From contig OZ025804.1 of NCBI GenBank assembly GCA_964019425.1, forward strand, positions 1,116,001 through 1,180,000: DNA of 64,000 nucleotides, written 5' to 3'. How positions within the stretch are numbered: the first letter of the stretch is position 1; each line of letters starts with the position of its first letter. The notes beneath the pieces are model-generated. The model was not told where the DNA came from and did no database searches. It saw nothing but the letters and a program-made list of their open reading frames with translations. The position numbers and the translations under genes are program-made. This document shows, in pieces, positions 36,372 to 50,335 of the stretch. Origin of the DNA: Flectonema sp. DT1601. Lineage: Eukaryota.

Positions 36372-38568
36372 TGAGTTAAGTTACCAGGTGAGATTTGGAC
36401 TGTTAGCTTTTGGCTAAGGCCCTCCCTGAAGAGCAAGAACAAAAAAACTACTCACACCTGAAGAAAACATACACAAAGAACACACTGTAAGCTGTGTGTG
36501 TATTTTGTGTTTGTCACAACAGGAGAGAAAAGAAAGAATGTCAAGGTTGGTCACCTTGCCTATCAACGCACAACATTGGTGGTCTCTACTAGACCCTGAG
36601 TGATCCCACTGGATCTCTCATCGTTCATAGTACCCTGTGTGAAGTTATAAAATCAAAGGTAAACTATGAACTACAAATGACTTAGCCTGTTATTATAATG
36701 CCACAGGCAGGCCCTGCATTCAGCAACTATCCAGCAGTGCTTGGATGTCCTGATCTTCTTCTAAAAAAAAGAAAGAAAAACAAAACTGTAGCTGGGATCA
36801 CTCAGGATCAACAGACTACCAATGCTACCTGTTGTACTTGCTCACTATGGGGGGTGATGCCAAACACCCAGAAGTACTTAACTGCTTTCCTTCTTGCTGC
36901 CCAGGAGTTTCTGACCAGAACTAATAGAAAATAAAAAGTAGATGGGAAACAATAAAAAGTAAAATGGATATAACTGAAGTTAAACAAGACAAATGAAGTA
37001 ACAGACCAGAACAGAAAGAGGATTGTAATAGAAGATTACAAATAAAAAAATGCAAGTATCAACACATAATCAAGATACACCAGCAGCTAACAAACAACAT
37101 AAAATTGAAGATCAGTTGCCAGAGTATTTCAACCATGGTAGAATACTCGCCCCTCTGGCAGGGATTATCCCAGACTTGTCCTTTAATCTAGTTGGACACC
37201 ATGGCTTACAACCCTTCCAGAGGGAAGCACCATTATGACTTCTATTTTTTTCTTCAAGAAAATCATAAGGTGGGAACAAAGAAAAATGCTAAGAGGAACC
37301 CCCTATTAACACCTAAGACATCTAAACTGCAGCCCAGCCTATGCCCAATGCACTAACAGGTCATTCCCTCACACTCAGATCAAAAAATCAAAGTTCAGAG
37401 TGCATCTTAGCATGAATGAGAGAATTTCTCATCGCTTTTTTTGAACAAAAGGGATAGGAGAAGGGATAGAAAACGAACATTAAAATAAAATTCTAAGTGA
37501 GAAACACTTAGCAGAAATACTTAGCAGCTTTTAAGGAGCTGAAAAGCAAAAAAAAAAATCTAAGAGAAACACTTAGTAGAAACACTTTGTAGCTAATTGA
37601 GCTGAAAATAAAAAAATAAAAAATTTCTAAGTGAGAAATACTTAGCAACTTTTAGAACAAATAATTAAGTAAATAACCTGTTGAAATGGTAGTTAAATGA
37701 AAACCATTACAGGTTTGATGCCAAAACTGACAAAGAATGAGTTAAGTTACCAGGTGAGATTTGGACTGTTAGCTTTTGGCTAAGGCCCTCCCTGAAGAGC
37801 AAGAACAAAAAAACTACTCACACCTGAAGAAAACATACACAAAGAACACACTGTAAGCTGTGTGTGTATTTTGTGTTTGTCACAACAGGAGAGAAAAGAA
37901 AGAATGTCAAGGTTGGTCACCTTGCCTATCAACGCACAACATTGGTGGTCTCTACTAGACCCTGAGTGATCCCACTGGATCTCTCATCGTTCATAGTACC
38001 CTGTGTGAAGTTATAAAATCAAAGGTAAACTATGAACTACAAATGACTTAGCCTGTTATTATAATGCCACAGGCAGGCCCTGCATTCAGCAACTATCCAG
38101 CAGTGCTTGGATGTCCTGATCTTCTTCTAAAAAAAAGAAAGAAAAACAAAACTGTAGCTGGGATCACTCAGGATCAACAGACTACCAATGCTACCTGTTG
38201 TACTTGCTCACTATGGGGGGTGATGCCAAACACCCAGAAGTACTAAACTGCTTTCCTTCTTGCTGCCCAGGAGTTTCTGACCAGAACTAATAGAAAATAA
38301 AAAGTAGATGGGAAACAATAAAAAGTAAAATGGATATAACTGAAGTTAAACAAGACAAATGAAGTAACAGACCAGAACAGAAAGAGAATTGTAATAGAAG
38401 ATTACAAATAAAAAAATGCAAGTATCAACACATGATCAGGATACACCAGCAGCTAACAAACAACATAAAATTGAAGATCAGTTGCCAGAGTATTTCAACC
38501 ATGGTAGAATACTCGCCCCTCTGGCAGGGATTATCCCAGACTTGTCCTTTAATCTAGTTGGACACCAT

Positions 38569-38843
38569 TCTGCAACGTAACAGTCTCGCGACGTTGAGCT
38601 GAAAGCCTTTTTACTACTATTGAAGTCTCAGACGAGGCTGCATTGTGCTCGCTCTCTACCTGACTGCATAGCTCTGGGCAGATCTTCCTTGGCCTCCCTA
38701 TATCTACGGGCACATCGCTTTTAGCATCCCAGGCCTTTCTGCCTATTTTTAGCCCAGCTTCTTCTAGAAAGCTTAACTTCCATCCTTTTTCTTCTAGAGA
38801 CTGCAGTACTTCTCGTCTGTCACCCGTTTCCATTTTCACAATA
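38569..38843 (-). mobile_element. Sola-like transposase N-terminal fragment; duplicated at 46815-47089
   Basis: Open frame with GRPRK; continues in frame into 36371-36059 once R6/R7 are removed. Confidence 0.55.
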
Positions 38844-39264
38844 GAGTTAAGTTACCAGGTGAGATTTGGACTGTTAGCTTTTGGCTAAGGCCCTCCCTGA
38901 AGAGCAAGAACAAAAAAAACTACTCACACCTGAAGAAAACATACACAAAGAACACACTGTAAGCTGTGTGTGTATTTTGTGTTTGTCACAACAGGAGAGA
39001 AAGGAGTTGAATTTCCAGGTGAGATTTGGACTGTTAGCTTTTGGCTAAGGCCCTCCCTGAAGAGCAAGAACAAAAAAACTACTCACACCTGAAGAAAACA
39101 TACACAAAGAACACACTGTAAGCTGTGTGTGTATTTTGTGTTTGTCACAACAGGAGAGAAAAGAAAGAATGTCAAGGTTGGTCTTGCCTATCAACGCACA
39201 ACATTGGTGGTCTCTACTAGACCCTGAGTGATCCCACTGGATCTCTCATCGTTCATAGTACCCT

Positions 39265-42200
39265 TGTTTTTTTTCAAAATTAATAAAAAAGAATATAAAA
39301 AAAAAAAAAAAAAAAGAATAAACAATGTTATCATTGTTTTTTTTTTATCGTTCGACTTTGTCGACTAATTTCTATTTTCCGTTTCTTTTCTTTAAAGAAT
39401 AAATAAAAAGAATTTAAAATAAAAAAAAGAATAAACAATGTTATCATTGTTTTTTTATCGATCGACTATGTCGATCACTTTCTATTTTCCGTCCTGGTCA
39501 AGACGCTAAACTGATTGTTTTTTTTCAAAATTAATAAAAAAGAATATAAAAAAAAAAAAAAAAAAAGAATAAACAATGTTATCATTGTTTTTTTTTTATC
39601 GTTCGACTTTGTCGACTAATTTCTATTTTCCGTTTCTTTTCTTTAAAGAATAAATAAAAAGAATTTAAAATAAAAAAAAAGAATAAACAATGTTATCATT
39701 GTTTTTTTATCGATCGACTATGTCGATCACTTTCTATTTTCCGTCCTGGTCAAGACGCTAAACTGATTGTTTTTTTTTCAAAATTAATAAAAAAGAATAT
39801 AAAAAAAAAAAAAAAAAAAAGAATAAACAATGTTATCATTGTTTTTTTTTTATCGTTCGACTTTGTCGACTAATTTCTATTTTCCGGTTCTTTTCTTTAA
39901 AGAATAAATAAAAAGAATTTAAAATAAAAAAAAAGAATAAACAATGTTATCATTGTTTTTTTATCGATCGACTATGTCGATCACTTTCTATTTTCCGTCC
40001 TGGTCAAGACGCTAAACTGATTGTTTTTTTTTTTCAAAATTAATAAAAAAGAATATAAAAAAATACAAAAAAAAGAATAAACAATGTTATCATTGTTTTT
40101 TTTATCGTTCGACTTTGTCGACTAATTTCTATTTTCCGTTTTTTTTTCTTTAAAAAATAAATAAAAAGAATTTAAAATAAAAAAAAAGAATAAACAATGT
40201 TATCATTGTTTTTTTATCGATCGACTATGTCGATCACTTTCTATTTTCCGTCCTGGTCAAGACGCTAAACTGATTGTTTTTTTTTTTTCAAAATTAATAA
40301 AAAAGAATATTAAAAAAAATAAAAAAAAAAAGAATAAACAATGTTATCATTGTTTTTTTTTTATCGTTCGACTTTGTCGACTAATTTCTATTTTCCGTTT
40401 TTTTCTTTAAAAAATAAATAAAAAGAATTTAATAAAAAAAAAGAATAAACAATGTTATCATTGTTTTTTTTTATCGATCGACTATGTCGATTACTTTCTA
40501 TTTTCCGTCCTGGTCAAGACGCTAAACTGATTGTTTTTTTTTTCAAAATAAAAAAAAAATATTAAAAAAAAAAAATAAAAAAAAAGAATAAACAATGTTA
40601 TCATTGTTTTTTTTTATCGTTCGACTTTGTTGTTTTTTCTTTAAAAAATAAATAAAAAGAATTTAAAAAAAAAAAAAAAAAAAAAAAGAATAAACAATGT
40701 TATCATTGTTTTTTTTATCGATCGACTATGTCGATTACTTTCTATTTTCCGTCCTGGTCAAGACGCTAAACTGATTGTTTTTTTTTCAAAATTAATAAAA
40801 AAGAATATAAAAAAATACAAAAAAAAGAATAAACAATGTTATCATTGTTTTTTTTATCGATCGACTATGTCGATTACTTTCTATTTTCCGTCCTGGTCAA
40901 GACGCTAAACTGATTGTTTTTTTTTCAAAATAAAAAAAAAATATTAAAAAAAAAAAATAAAAAAAAAGAATAAACAATGTTATCATTGTTTTTTTTTATC
41001 GTTCGACTTTGTTGACTAATTTCTATTTTCCGTTTTTTTTCTTTAAACAATTAATAAAAAGAATTTAAAAAAAAAAAAAAAAAAAAAGAATAAACAATGT
41101 TATCATTGTTTTTTTTATCGATCGACTATGTCGATTACTTTCTATTTTCCGTCCTGGTCAAGACGCTAAACTGATTGTTTTTTTTTCAAAATTAATAAAA
41201 AAGAATATAAAAAAATACAAAAAAAAGAATAAACAATGTTATCATTGTTTTTTTTTATCGTTCGACTTTGTCGACTAATTTCTATTTTCCGTTTTTTTTT
41301 CTCTTTAAAAAATAAATAAAAAGAATTTAAAATAAAAAAAAAAAAGAATAAACAATGTTATCATTGTTTTTTTTATCGATCGACTATGTCGATTACTTTC
41401 TATTTTCCGTCCTGGTCAAGACGCTAAACTGATTGTTTTTTTTTCAAAATTAATAAAAAAGAATATAAAAAAAAAAAAAAAAAAAAGAATAAACAATGTT
41501 ATCATTGTTTTTTTTTATCGTTCGACTTTGTTGACTAATTTCTATTTTCCATTTTTTTTCTTTTTAAAAAATAAATAAAAAGAATTAAAATAAAAAAAAA
41601 AAAAAAGAATAAACAATGTTATCATTGTTTTTTTTATCGATCGACTATGTCGATTACTTTCTATTTTCCGTCCTGGTCAGAACGCTAAACTGATTGTTTT
41701 TTCTTTAAAAATAAATAAAAAGAATAAAAAAAAAAAAAAAGGAATAAACAATGTTATCATTGTTTTTTTTTTATCGATCGACTATGTCGATTACTTACTA
41801 TTTTCCGTCCTGGTCAAGACGCTAAACTGATTGTTTTTTCTTTAAAATAATTAAAAAGATTAAAAAAAAAAAAAAAAAAAAAAAATGAATAAACAATGTT
41901 ATCATTGTTTTTTTTCTATCGATCAACTATGTCGATTAATTTCTATTTTCCGTCCTGATCGAGACGCTAAACTGATTGTTTCCTTTTTTTAAATAATAAA
42001 TAAGAAAAAAAAAAAAAAAAAAAAAAAAAGAGCATCTCCCTGCTATCCCTCATATCCCCACAATAATATTATACCTTTTCATTTTCTCTTTCCTTTTCTG
42101 GTCTTTTTTTTTTCTTTTTTTTCCTTTTTCATACAACGTTTTTTATTTATATATATATTTTTTTTTTTTTTTTTTCATGTTTGATTATTTCCTCCTTATT

Positions 42201-42433
42201 TTTTTTTTTCTTTTCTTTTCCTTCTTTTTTTTTTTTTTTTCCTCTGCCTCTCTCTTAATTCTGTTCGTTTCTTTGAAACGAAAATTCATTTGAATATTAT
42301 TCCTTGGTCAGCAACCATCATTGTCGCCCTTTGGGCCTGTTAAAAAAAAATAAAAATAAAAAGAAAGTTTACATCGGGAATAGGGCAGGAGCCAAAAGCT
42401 CCCAGTCCGTTACTTCCCACTTTATCGAAATTC
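39265..42433 (+). mobile_element. Family ST copy 2, inserted into an R copy
   Basis: R breaks after catagtaccct (39264) and resumes tgtgaagttataaa (~42437); ~2.7 kb of satellite then the terminal segment. Confidence 0.85.
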
Positions 42434-43035
42434 AGCTGTGAAGTTATAAAATCAAAGGTAAACTATGAACTACAAATGACTTAGCCTGTTATTATAATGC
42501 CACAGGCAGGCCCTGCATTCAGCAACTATCCAGCAGTGCTTGGATGTCCTGATCTTCTTCTAAAAAAAAGAAAGAAAAACAAAACTGTAGCTGGGATCAC
42601 TCAGGATCAACAGACTACCAATGCTACCTGTTGTACTTGCTCACTATGGGGGGTGATGCCAAACACCCAGAAGTACTAAACTGCTTTCCTTCTTGCTGCC
42701 CAGGAGTTTCTGACCAGAACTAATAGAAAATAAAAAGTAGATGGGAAACAATAAAAAGTAAAATGGATATAACTGAAGTTAAACAAGACAAATGAAGTAA
42801 CAGACCAGAACAGAAAGAGAATTGTAATAGAAGATTACAAATAAAAAAATGCAAGTATCAACACATGATCAGGATACACCAGCAGCTAACAAACAACATA
42901 AAATTGAAGATCAGTTGCCAGAGTATTTCAACCATGGTAGAATACTCGCCCCTCTGGCAGGGATTATCCCAGACTTGTCCTTTAATTTAGTTGGACACCA
43001 TGGACACTTCTACATGATAATGAACCTCAACAAGT

Positions 43036-44304
43036 TCGATCGACTATGTCGATTACTTTCTATTTTCCGTCCTGGTCAAGACGCTAAACTGATTGTTTTT
43101 TTTTTTTCAAAATAAAAAAAATATTAAAAAAAAAAAATAAAAAAAAAAGAATAAACAATGTTATCATTGTTTTTTTTTATCGTTCGACTTTGTCGACTAA
43201 TTTCTATTTTCCGTTTTTTTTTTTTCTTTGAAAAATAAATAAAAAGAATTTAAAATAAAAAAAAAAGAATAAACAATGTTATCATTGTTTTTTTTTATCG
43301 ATCGACTATGTCGATTACTTTCTATTTTCCGTCCTGGTCAAGACGCTAAACTGATTGTTTTTTTTTCAAAATTAATAAAAAAGAATATAAAAAAAATAAA
43401 AAAAAAAAGAATAAACAATGTTATCATTGTTTTTTTTTATCGTTCGACTTTGTTGACTAATTTCTATTTTCCATTTTTTTTCTTTTTAAAAATAAATAAA
43501 AAGAATTAAAAAAAAAAAAAAAAAGAATAAACAATGTTATCATTGTTTTTTTTATCGATCGACTATGTCGATTACTTTCTATTTTCCGTCCTGGTCAAGA
43601 CGCTAAACTGATTGTTTTTTTTTCAAAATTAATAAAAAAGAATATAAAAAAAATAAAAAAAAAAAGAATAAACAATGTTATCATTGTTTTTTTTTATCGT
43701 TCGACTTTGTTGACTAATTTCTATTTTCCATTTTTTTTCTTTTTAAAAATTAATAAAAAAGAAAAAAAAAAAAAAAAAAAAAAAGGAATAAACAATGTTA
43801 TCATTGTTTTTTTTTTATCGATCGACTATGTCGATTACTTACTATTTTCCGTCCTGATCGAGACGCTAAACTGATTGTTTCCTTTTTTTAAATAATAAAT
43901 AAGAAAAAAAAAAAAAAAAAAAAGAGCATCTCCCTGCTATCCCTCATATCCCCACAATAATATTATACCTTTTCATTTTCTCTTTCCTTTTCTGGTCTTT
44001 TTTTTTTTCTTTTTTTTTCCTTTTTCATACAACGTTTTTTATTTATATATTTTTTTTTTTTTTTTTTTTTCATGTTTGATTATTTCCTCTTCATTTTTTT
44101 TTTTTTTTTTTCTCTGCCTCTCTCTTAATTCTGTTCGTTTCTTTGAAACGAAAATTCATTTGAATATTATTCCTTGGTCAGCAACCATCATTGTCGCCCT
44201 TTGGGCCTGTTAAAAGAAAATAAAAAATAAAAAGAAAGTTTACATCGGGAATAGGGCAGGAGCCAAAAGCTCCCAGTCCGTTACTTCCCACTTTATCGAA
44301 ATTC
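43036..44304 (+). mobile_element. Family ST copy 3 (duplicate of copy 1)
   Basis: Same flanks and sequence as 34790-36058 at offset 8246. Confidence 0.85.
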
Positions 44305-47300
44305 GTTGATAAATGACATAGCACTGGTCGTGCACTGGCAGGTAAGCCACCCTTACTGGACACCATTAGCTGCAACGTCAGCGCACTGGCACGCGCAGCA
44401 TTCCAAACAGTTAATGAGTAACCACTCTGTCGCTCAACACTGCTAAGTAGTTTTGACAGTTTCTTTCTAATTGTCTGTCCACACAGGCAGTACGAGCAGA
44501 CGTCAGTTCGCCGTGCAAGGTGACGATATTCCTTCCCACGCATACGACGGTATGTAGATTCTGATATCAGATCACGAATACTGCTGACTTCATAGATAGA
44601 TTTAAATGTTCCAAGGATGAGTTAAGTTACCAGGTGAGATTTGGACTGTTAGCTTTTGGCTAAGGCCCTCCCTGAAGAGCAAGAACAAAAAAACTACTCA
44701 CACCTGAAGAAAACATACACAAAGAACACACTGTAAGCTGTGTGTGTATTTTGTGTTTGTCACAACAGGAGAGAAAAGAAAGAATGTCAAGGTTGGTCAC
44801 CTTGCCTATCAACGCACAACATTGGTGGTCTCTACTAGACCCTGAGTGATCCCACTGGATCTCTCATCGTTCATAGTACCCTGTGTGAAGTTATAAAATC
44901 AAAGGTAAACTATGAACTACAAATGACTTAGCCTGTTATTATAATGCCACAGGCAGGCCCTGCATTCAGCAACTATCCAGCAGTGCTTGGATGTCCTGAT
45001 CTTCTTCTAAAAAAAAGAAAGAAAAACAAAACTGTAGCTGGGATCACTCAGGATCAACAGACTACCAATGCTACCTGTTGTACTTGCTCACTATGGGGGG
45101 TGATGCCAAACACCCAGAAGTACTTAACTGCTTTCCTTCTTGCTGCCCAGGAGTTTCTGACCAGAACTAATAGAAAATAAAAAGTAGATGGGAAACAATA
45201 AAAAGTAAAATGGATATAACTGAAGTTAAACAAGACAAATGAAGTAACAGACCAGAACAGAAAGAGGATTGTAATAGAAGATTACAAATAAAAAAATGCA
45301 AGTATCAACACATAATCAAGATACACCAGCAGCTAACAAACAACATAAAATTGAAGATCAGTTGCCAGAGTATTTCAACCATGGTAGAATACTCGCCCCT
45401 CTGGCAGGGATTATCCCAGACTTGTCCTTTAATCTAGTTGGACACCATGGCTTACAACCCTTCCAGAGGGAAGCACCATTATGACTTCTATTTTTTTCTT
45501 CAAGAAAATCATAAGGTGGGAACAAAGAAAAATGCTAAGAGGAACCCCCTATTAACACCTAAGACATCTAAACTGCAGCCCAGCCTATGCCCAATGCACT
45601 AACAGGTCATTCCCTCACACTCAGATCAAAAAATCAAAGTTCAGAGTGCATCTTAGCATGAATGAGAGAATTTCTCATCGCTTTTTTTGAACAAAAGGGA
45701 TAGGAGAAGGGATAGAAAACGAACATTAAAATAAAATTCTAAGTGAGAAACACTTAGCAGAAATACTTAGCAGCTTTTAAGGAGCTGAAAAGCAAAAAAA
45801 AAAATCTAAGAGAAACACTTAGTAGAAACACTTTGTAGCTAATTGAGCTGAAAATAAAAAAATAAAAAATTTCTAAGTGAGAAATACTTAGCAACTTTTA
45901 GAACAAATAATTAAGTAAATAACCTGTTGAAATGGTAGTTAAATGAAAACCATTACAGGTTTGATGCCAAAACTGACAAAGAATGAGTTAAGTTACCAGG
46001 TGAGATTTGGACTGTTAGCTTTTGGCTAAGGCCCTCCCTGAAGAGCAAGAACAAAAAAACTACTCACACCTGAAGAAAACATACACAAAGAACACACTGT
46101 AAGCTGTGTGTGTATTTTGTGTTTGTCACAACAGGAGAGAAAAGAAAGAATGTCAAGGTTGGTCACCTTGCCTATCAACGCACAACATTGGTGGTCTCTA
46201 CTAGACCCTGAGTGATCCCACTGGATCTCTCATCGTTCATAGTACCCTGTGTGAAGTTATAAAATCAAAGGTAAACTATGAACTACAAATGACTTAGCCT
46301 GTTATTATAATGCCACAGGCAGGCCCTGCATTCAGCAACTATCCAGCAGTGCTTGGATGTCCTGATCTTCTTCTAAAAAAAAGAAAGAAAAACAAAACTG
46401 TAGCTGGGATCACTCAGGATCAACAGACTACCAATGCTACCTGTTGTACTTGCTCACTATGGGGGGTGATGCCAAACACCCAGAAGTACTTAACTGCTTT
46501 CCTTCTTGCTGCCCAGGAGTTTCTGACCAGAACTAATAGAAAATAAAAAGTAGATGGGAAACAATAAAAAGTAAAATGGATATAACTGAAGTTAAACAAG
46601 ACAAATGAAGTAACAGACCAGAACAGAAAGAGGATTGTAATAGAAGATTACAAATAAAAAAATGCAAGTATCAACACATAATCAAGATACACCAGCAGCT
46701 AACAAACAACATAAAATTGAAGATCAGTTGCCAGAGTATTTCAACCATGGTAGAATACTCGCCCCTCTGGCAGGGATTATCCCAGACTTGTCCTTTAATC
46801 TAGTTGGACACCATTCTGCAACGTAACAGTCTCGCGACGTTGAGCTGAAAGCCTTTTTACTACTATTGAAGTCTCAGACGAGGCTGCATTGTGCTCGCTC
46901 TCTACCTGACTGCATAGCTCTGGGCAGATCTTCCTTGGCCTCCCTATATCTACGGGCACATCGCTTTTAGCATCCCAGGCCTTTCTGCCTATTTTTAGCC
47001 CAGCTTCTTCTAGAAAGCTTAACTTCCATCCTTTTTCTTCTAGAGACTGCAGTACTTCTCGTCTGTCACCCGTTTCCATTTTCACAATAGAGTTAAGTTA
47101 CCAGGTGAGATTTGGACTGTTAGCTTTTGGCTAAGGCCCTCCCTGAAGAGCAAGAACAAAAAAAACTACTCACACCTGAAGAAAACATACACAAAGAACA
47201 CACTGTAAGCTGTGTGTGTATTTTGTGTTTGTCACAACAGGAGAGAAAGGAGTTGAATTTCCAGGTGAGATTTGGACTGTTAGCTTTTGGCTAAGGCCCT

Positions 47301-48537
47301 CCCTGAAGAGCAAGAACAAAAAAACTACTCACACCTGAAGAAAACATACACAAAGAACACACTGTAAGCTGTGTGTGTATTTTGTGTTTGTCACAACAGG
47401 AGAGAAAAGAAAGAATGTCAAGGTTGGTCTTGCCTATCAACGCACAACATTGGTGGTCTCTACTAGACCCTGAGTGATCCCACTGGATCTCTCATCGTTC
47501 ATAGTACCCTGTGTGAAGTTATAAAATCAAAGGTAAACTATGAACTACAAATGACTTAGCCTGTTATTATAATGCCACAGGCAGGCCCTGCATTCAGCAA
47601 CTATCCAGCAGTGCTTGGATGTCCTGATCTTCTTCTAAAGAAAAGAAAGAAAAACAAAACTGTAGCTGGGATCACTCAGGATCAACAGACTACCAATGCT
47701 ACCTGTTGTACTTGCTCACTATGGGGGGTGATGCCAAACACCCAGAAGTACTTAACTACTTTCCTTCTTGCTGCCCAGGAGTTTCTGACCAGAACTAATA
47801 GAAAATAAAAAGTAGATGGGAAACAATAAAAAGTAAAATGGATATAACTGAAGTTAAACAAGACAAATGAAGTAACAGACCAGAACAGAAAGAGAATTGT
47901 AATAGAAGATTACAAATAAAAAAATGCAAGTATCAACACATGATCAGGATACACCAGCAGCTAACAAACAACATAAAATTGAAGATCAGTTGCCAGAGTA
48001 TTTCAACCATGGTAGAATACTCGCCCCTCTGGCAGGGATTATCCCAGACTTGTCCTTTAATTTAGTTGGACACCATGGCTTACAACCCTTCCAGAAGGAA
48101 GCACCATTATGACTTCTATTTTTTTTCTTCAAGAAAATCATAAGGTGGGAACAAAGAAAAATGCTAAGAGGAACCCCCTATTAACACCTAAGACATCTAA
48201 ACTGCAGCCCAGCCTATGCCCAATGCACTAACAGGTCATTCCCTCACACTCAGATCAAAAAATCAAAGTTCAGAGTGCATCTTAGCGTGAATGAGAGAAT
48301 TTCCTCCCGCTTATTTTGAACAAAAGGGATAGGAGAAGGGATAGAAAACGAACATAAAAATAAAATTCTAAGTGAGAAACACTTAGCAGAAATACTTAGC
48401 AGCTTTTAAGGAGCTGAAAAGCAAAAAAAAAAATCTAAGTGAGAAACACTTAGTAGTAACACTTTGTAGCTAATTGAGCTGAAAATAAAAAAATAAAAAA
48501 TTCTAAGTGAGAGATACTTAGCAACTTTTAGAACAAA

Positions 48538-50297
48538 AGAATAAACAATGTTATCATTGTTTTTTTTTATTGTTCGACTTTGTTGACTAATTTCTATTTT
48601 CCGTTTTTTTTCTTTAAAAAATAAATAAAAAGAATATAAAATAAAAAAAAAGAATAAACAATGTTATCATTGTTTTTTTATCGATCGACTATGTCGATCA
48701 CTTTCTATTTTCCGTCCTGGTCAAGACGCTAAACTGATTGTTTTTTTTTTTCAAAATTAATAAAAAAGAATATAAAAAAAAAAAAAAAAAAAGAATAAAC
48801 AATGTTATCATTGTTTTTTTTTATCGTTCGACTTTGTCGACTAATTTCTATTTTCCGTTTCTTTTCTTTAAAGAATAAATAAAAAGAATTTAAAATAAAA
48901 AAAAAAAGAATAAACAATGTTATCATTGTTTTTTTATCGATCGACTATGTCGATCACTTTCTATTTTCCGTCCTGGTCAAGACGCTAAACTGATTGTTTT
49001 TTTTTCAAAATTAATAAAAAAGAATATAAAAAAAAAAAAAAAAAAAAAAAGAATAAACAATGTTATCATTGTTTTTTTTATTGTTCGACTTTGTTGACTA
49101 ATTTCTATTTTCCGTTTTTTTTCTTTAAAAAATAAATAAAAAGGATTTAAAATAAAAAAAAAGAATAAACAATGTTATCATTGTTTTTTTGTCGATCGAC
49201 TATGTCGATCACTTTCTATTTTCCGTCCTGGTCAAGACGCTAAACTGATTGTTTTTTTTCAAAATTAATAAAAAAGAATATAAAAAAAAAAAAAAAAAAA
49301 AGAATAAACAATGTTATCATTGTTTTTTTTTTTATCGTTCGACTTTGTCGACTAATTTCTATTTTCCGTTTCTTTTCTTTAAAGAATAAATAAAAAGAAT
49401 TTAAAATAAAAAAAAAGAATAAACAATGTTATCATTGTTTTTTTTTATCGTTCGACTTTGTCGACTAATTTCTATTTTCCGTTTCTTTTCTTTAAAGAAT
49501 AAATAAAAAGAATTTAAAATAAAAAAAAAAAGAATAAACAATGTTATCATTGTTTTTTTATCGATCGACTACGTCGATCACTTTCTATTTTCCGTCCTGG
49601 TCAAGACGCTAAACTGATTGTTTTTTTTTCAAAATTAATAAAAAAGAATATAAAAAAAAAAAAAAAAAAAAAAAGAATAAACAATGTTATCATTGTTTTT
49701 TTTTATCGTTCGACTTTGTTGACTAATTTCTATTTTCCATTTTTTTTCTTTTTAAAAATAAATAAAAAGAATTAAAAAAAAAAAAAAAAAGAATAAACAA
49801 TGTTATCATTGTTTTTTTTATCGATCGACTATGTCGATTACTTTCTATTTTCCGTCCTGGTCAAGACGCTAAACTGATTGTTTTTTTTTCAAAATTAATA
49901 AAAAAGAATATAAAAAAAAAAAAAAAAAAAAGAATAAACAATGTTATCATTGTTTTTTTTATCGTTCGACTTTGTTGACTAATTTCTATTTTCCATTTTT
50001 TTTCTTTTTAAAAATAAATAAAAAGAATTAAATTAAAAAAAAAAAAAGAATAAACAATGTTATCATTGTTTTTTTTATCGATCGACTATGTCGATTACTT
50101 TCTATTTTCCGTCCTGGTCAGGACGCTAAACTGATTGTTTTTTCTTTAAAAATAAATAAAAAGAATAAAAAAAAAAAAAAAGGAATAAACAATGTTATCA
50201 TTGTTTTTTTTTATCGATCGACTATGTCGATTACTTACTATTTTCCGTCCTGATCAAGACGCTAAACTGATTGTTTTTTCTTTAAAATAATTAAAAA

Positions 50298-50335
<38 letters not shown>

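Noticed and set aside
29022..47250. CRISPR-like reading: long repeats separated by unique transposon-derived spacers
   Set aside because: The repeats are kb-sized and variably truncated, and the unique pieces are consecutive in-order parts of pre-existing ORFs: insertion targets, not acquired spacers.
29347..48112. Repeated short ORFs MPQAG... and MQVST... in R
   Set aside because: Short, no domain, stop position varies between copies, and antisense to the inferred RNA.
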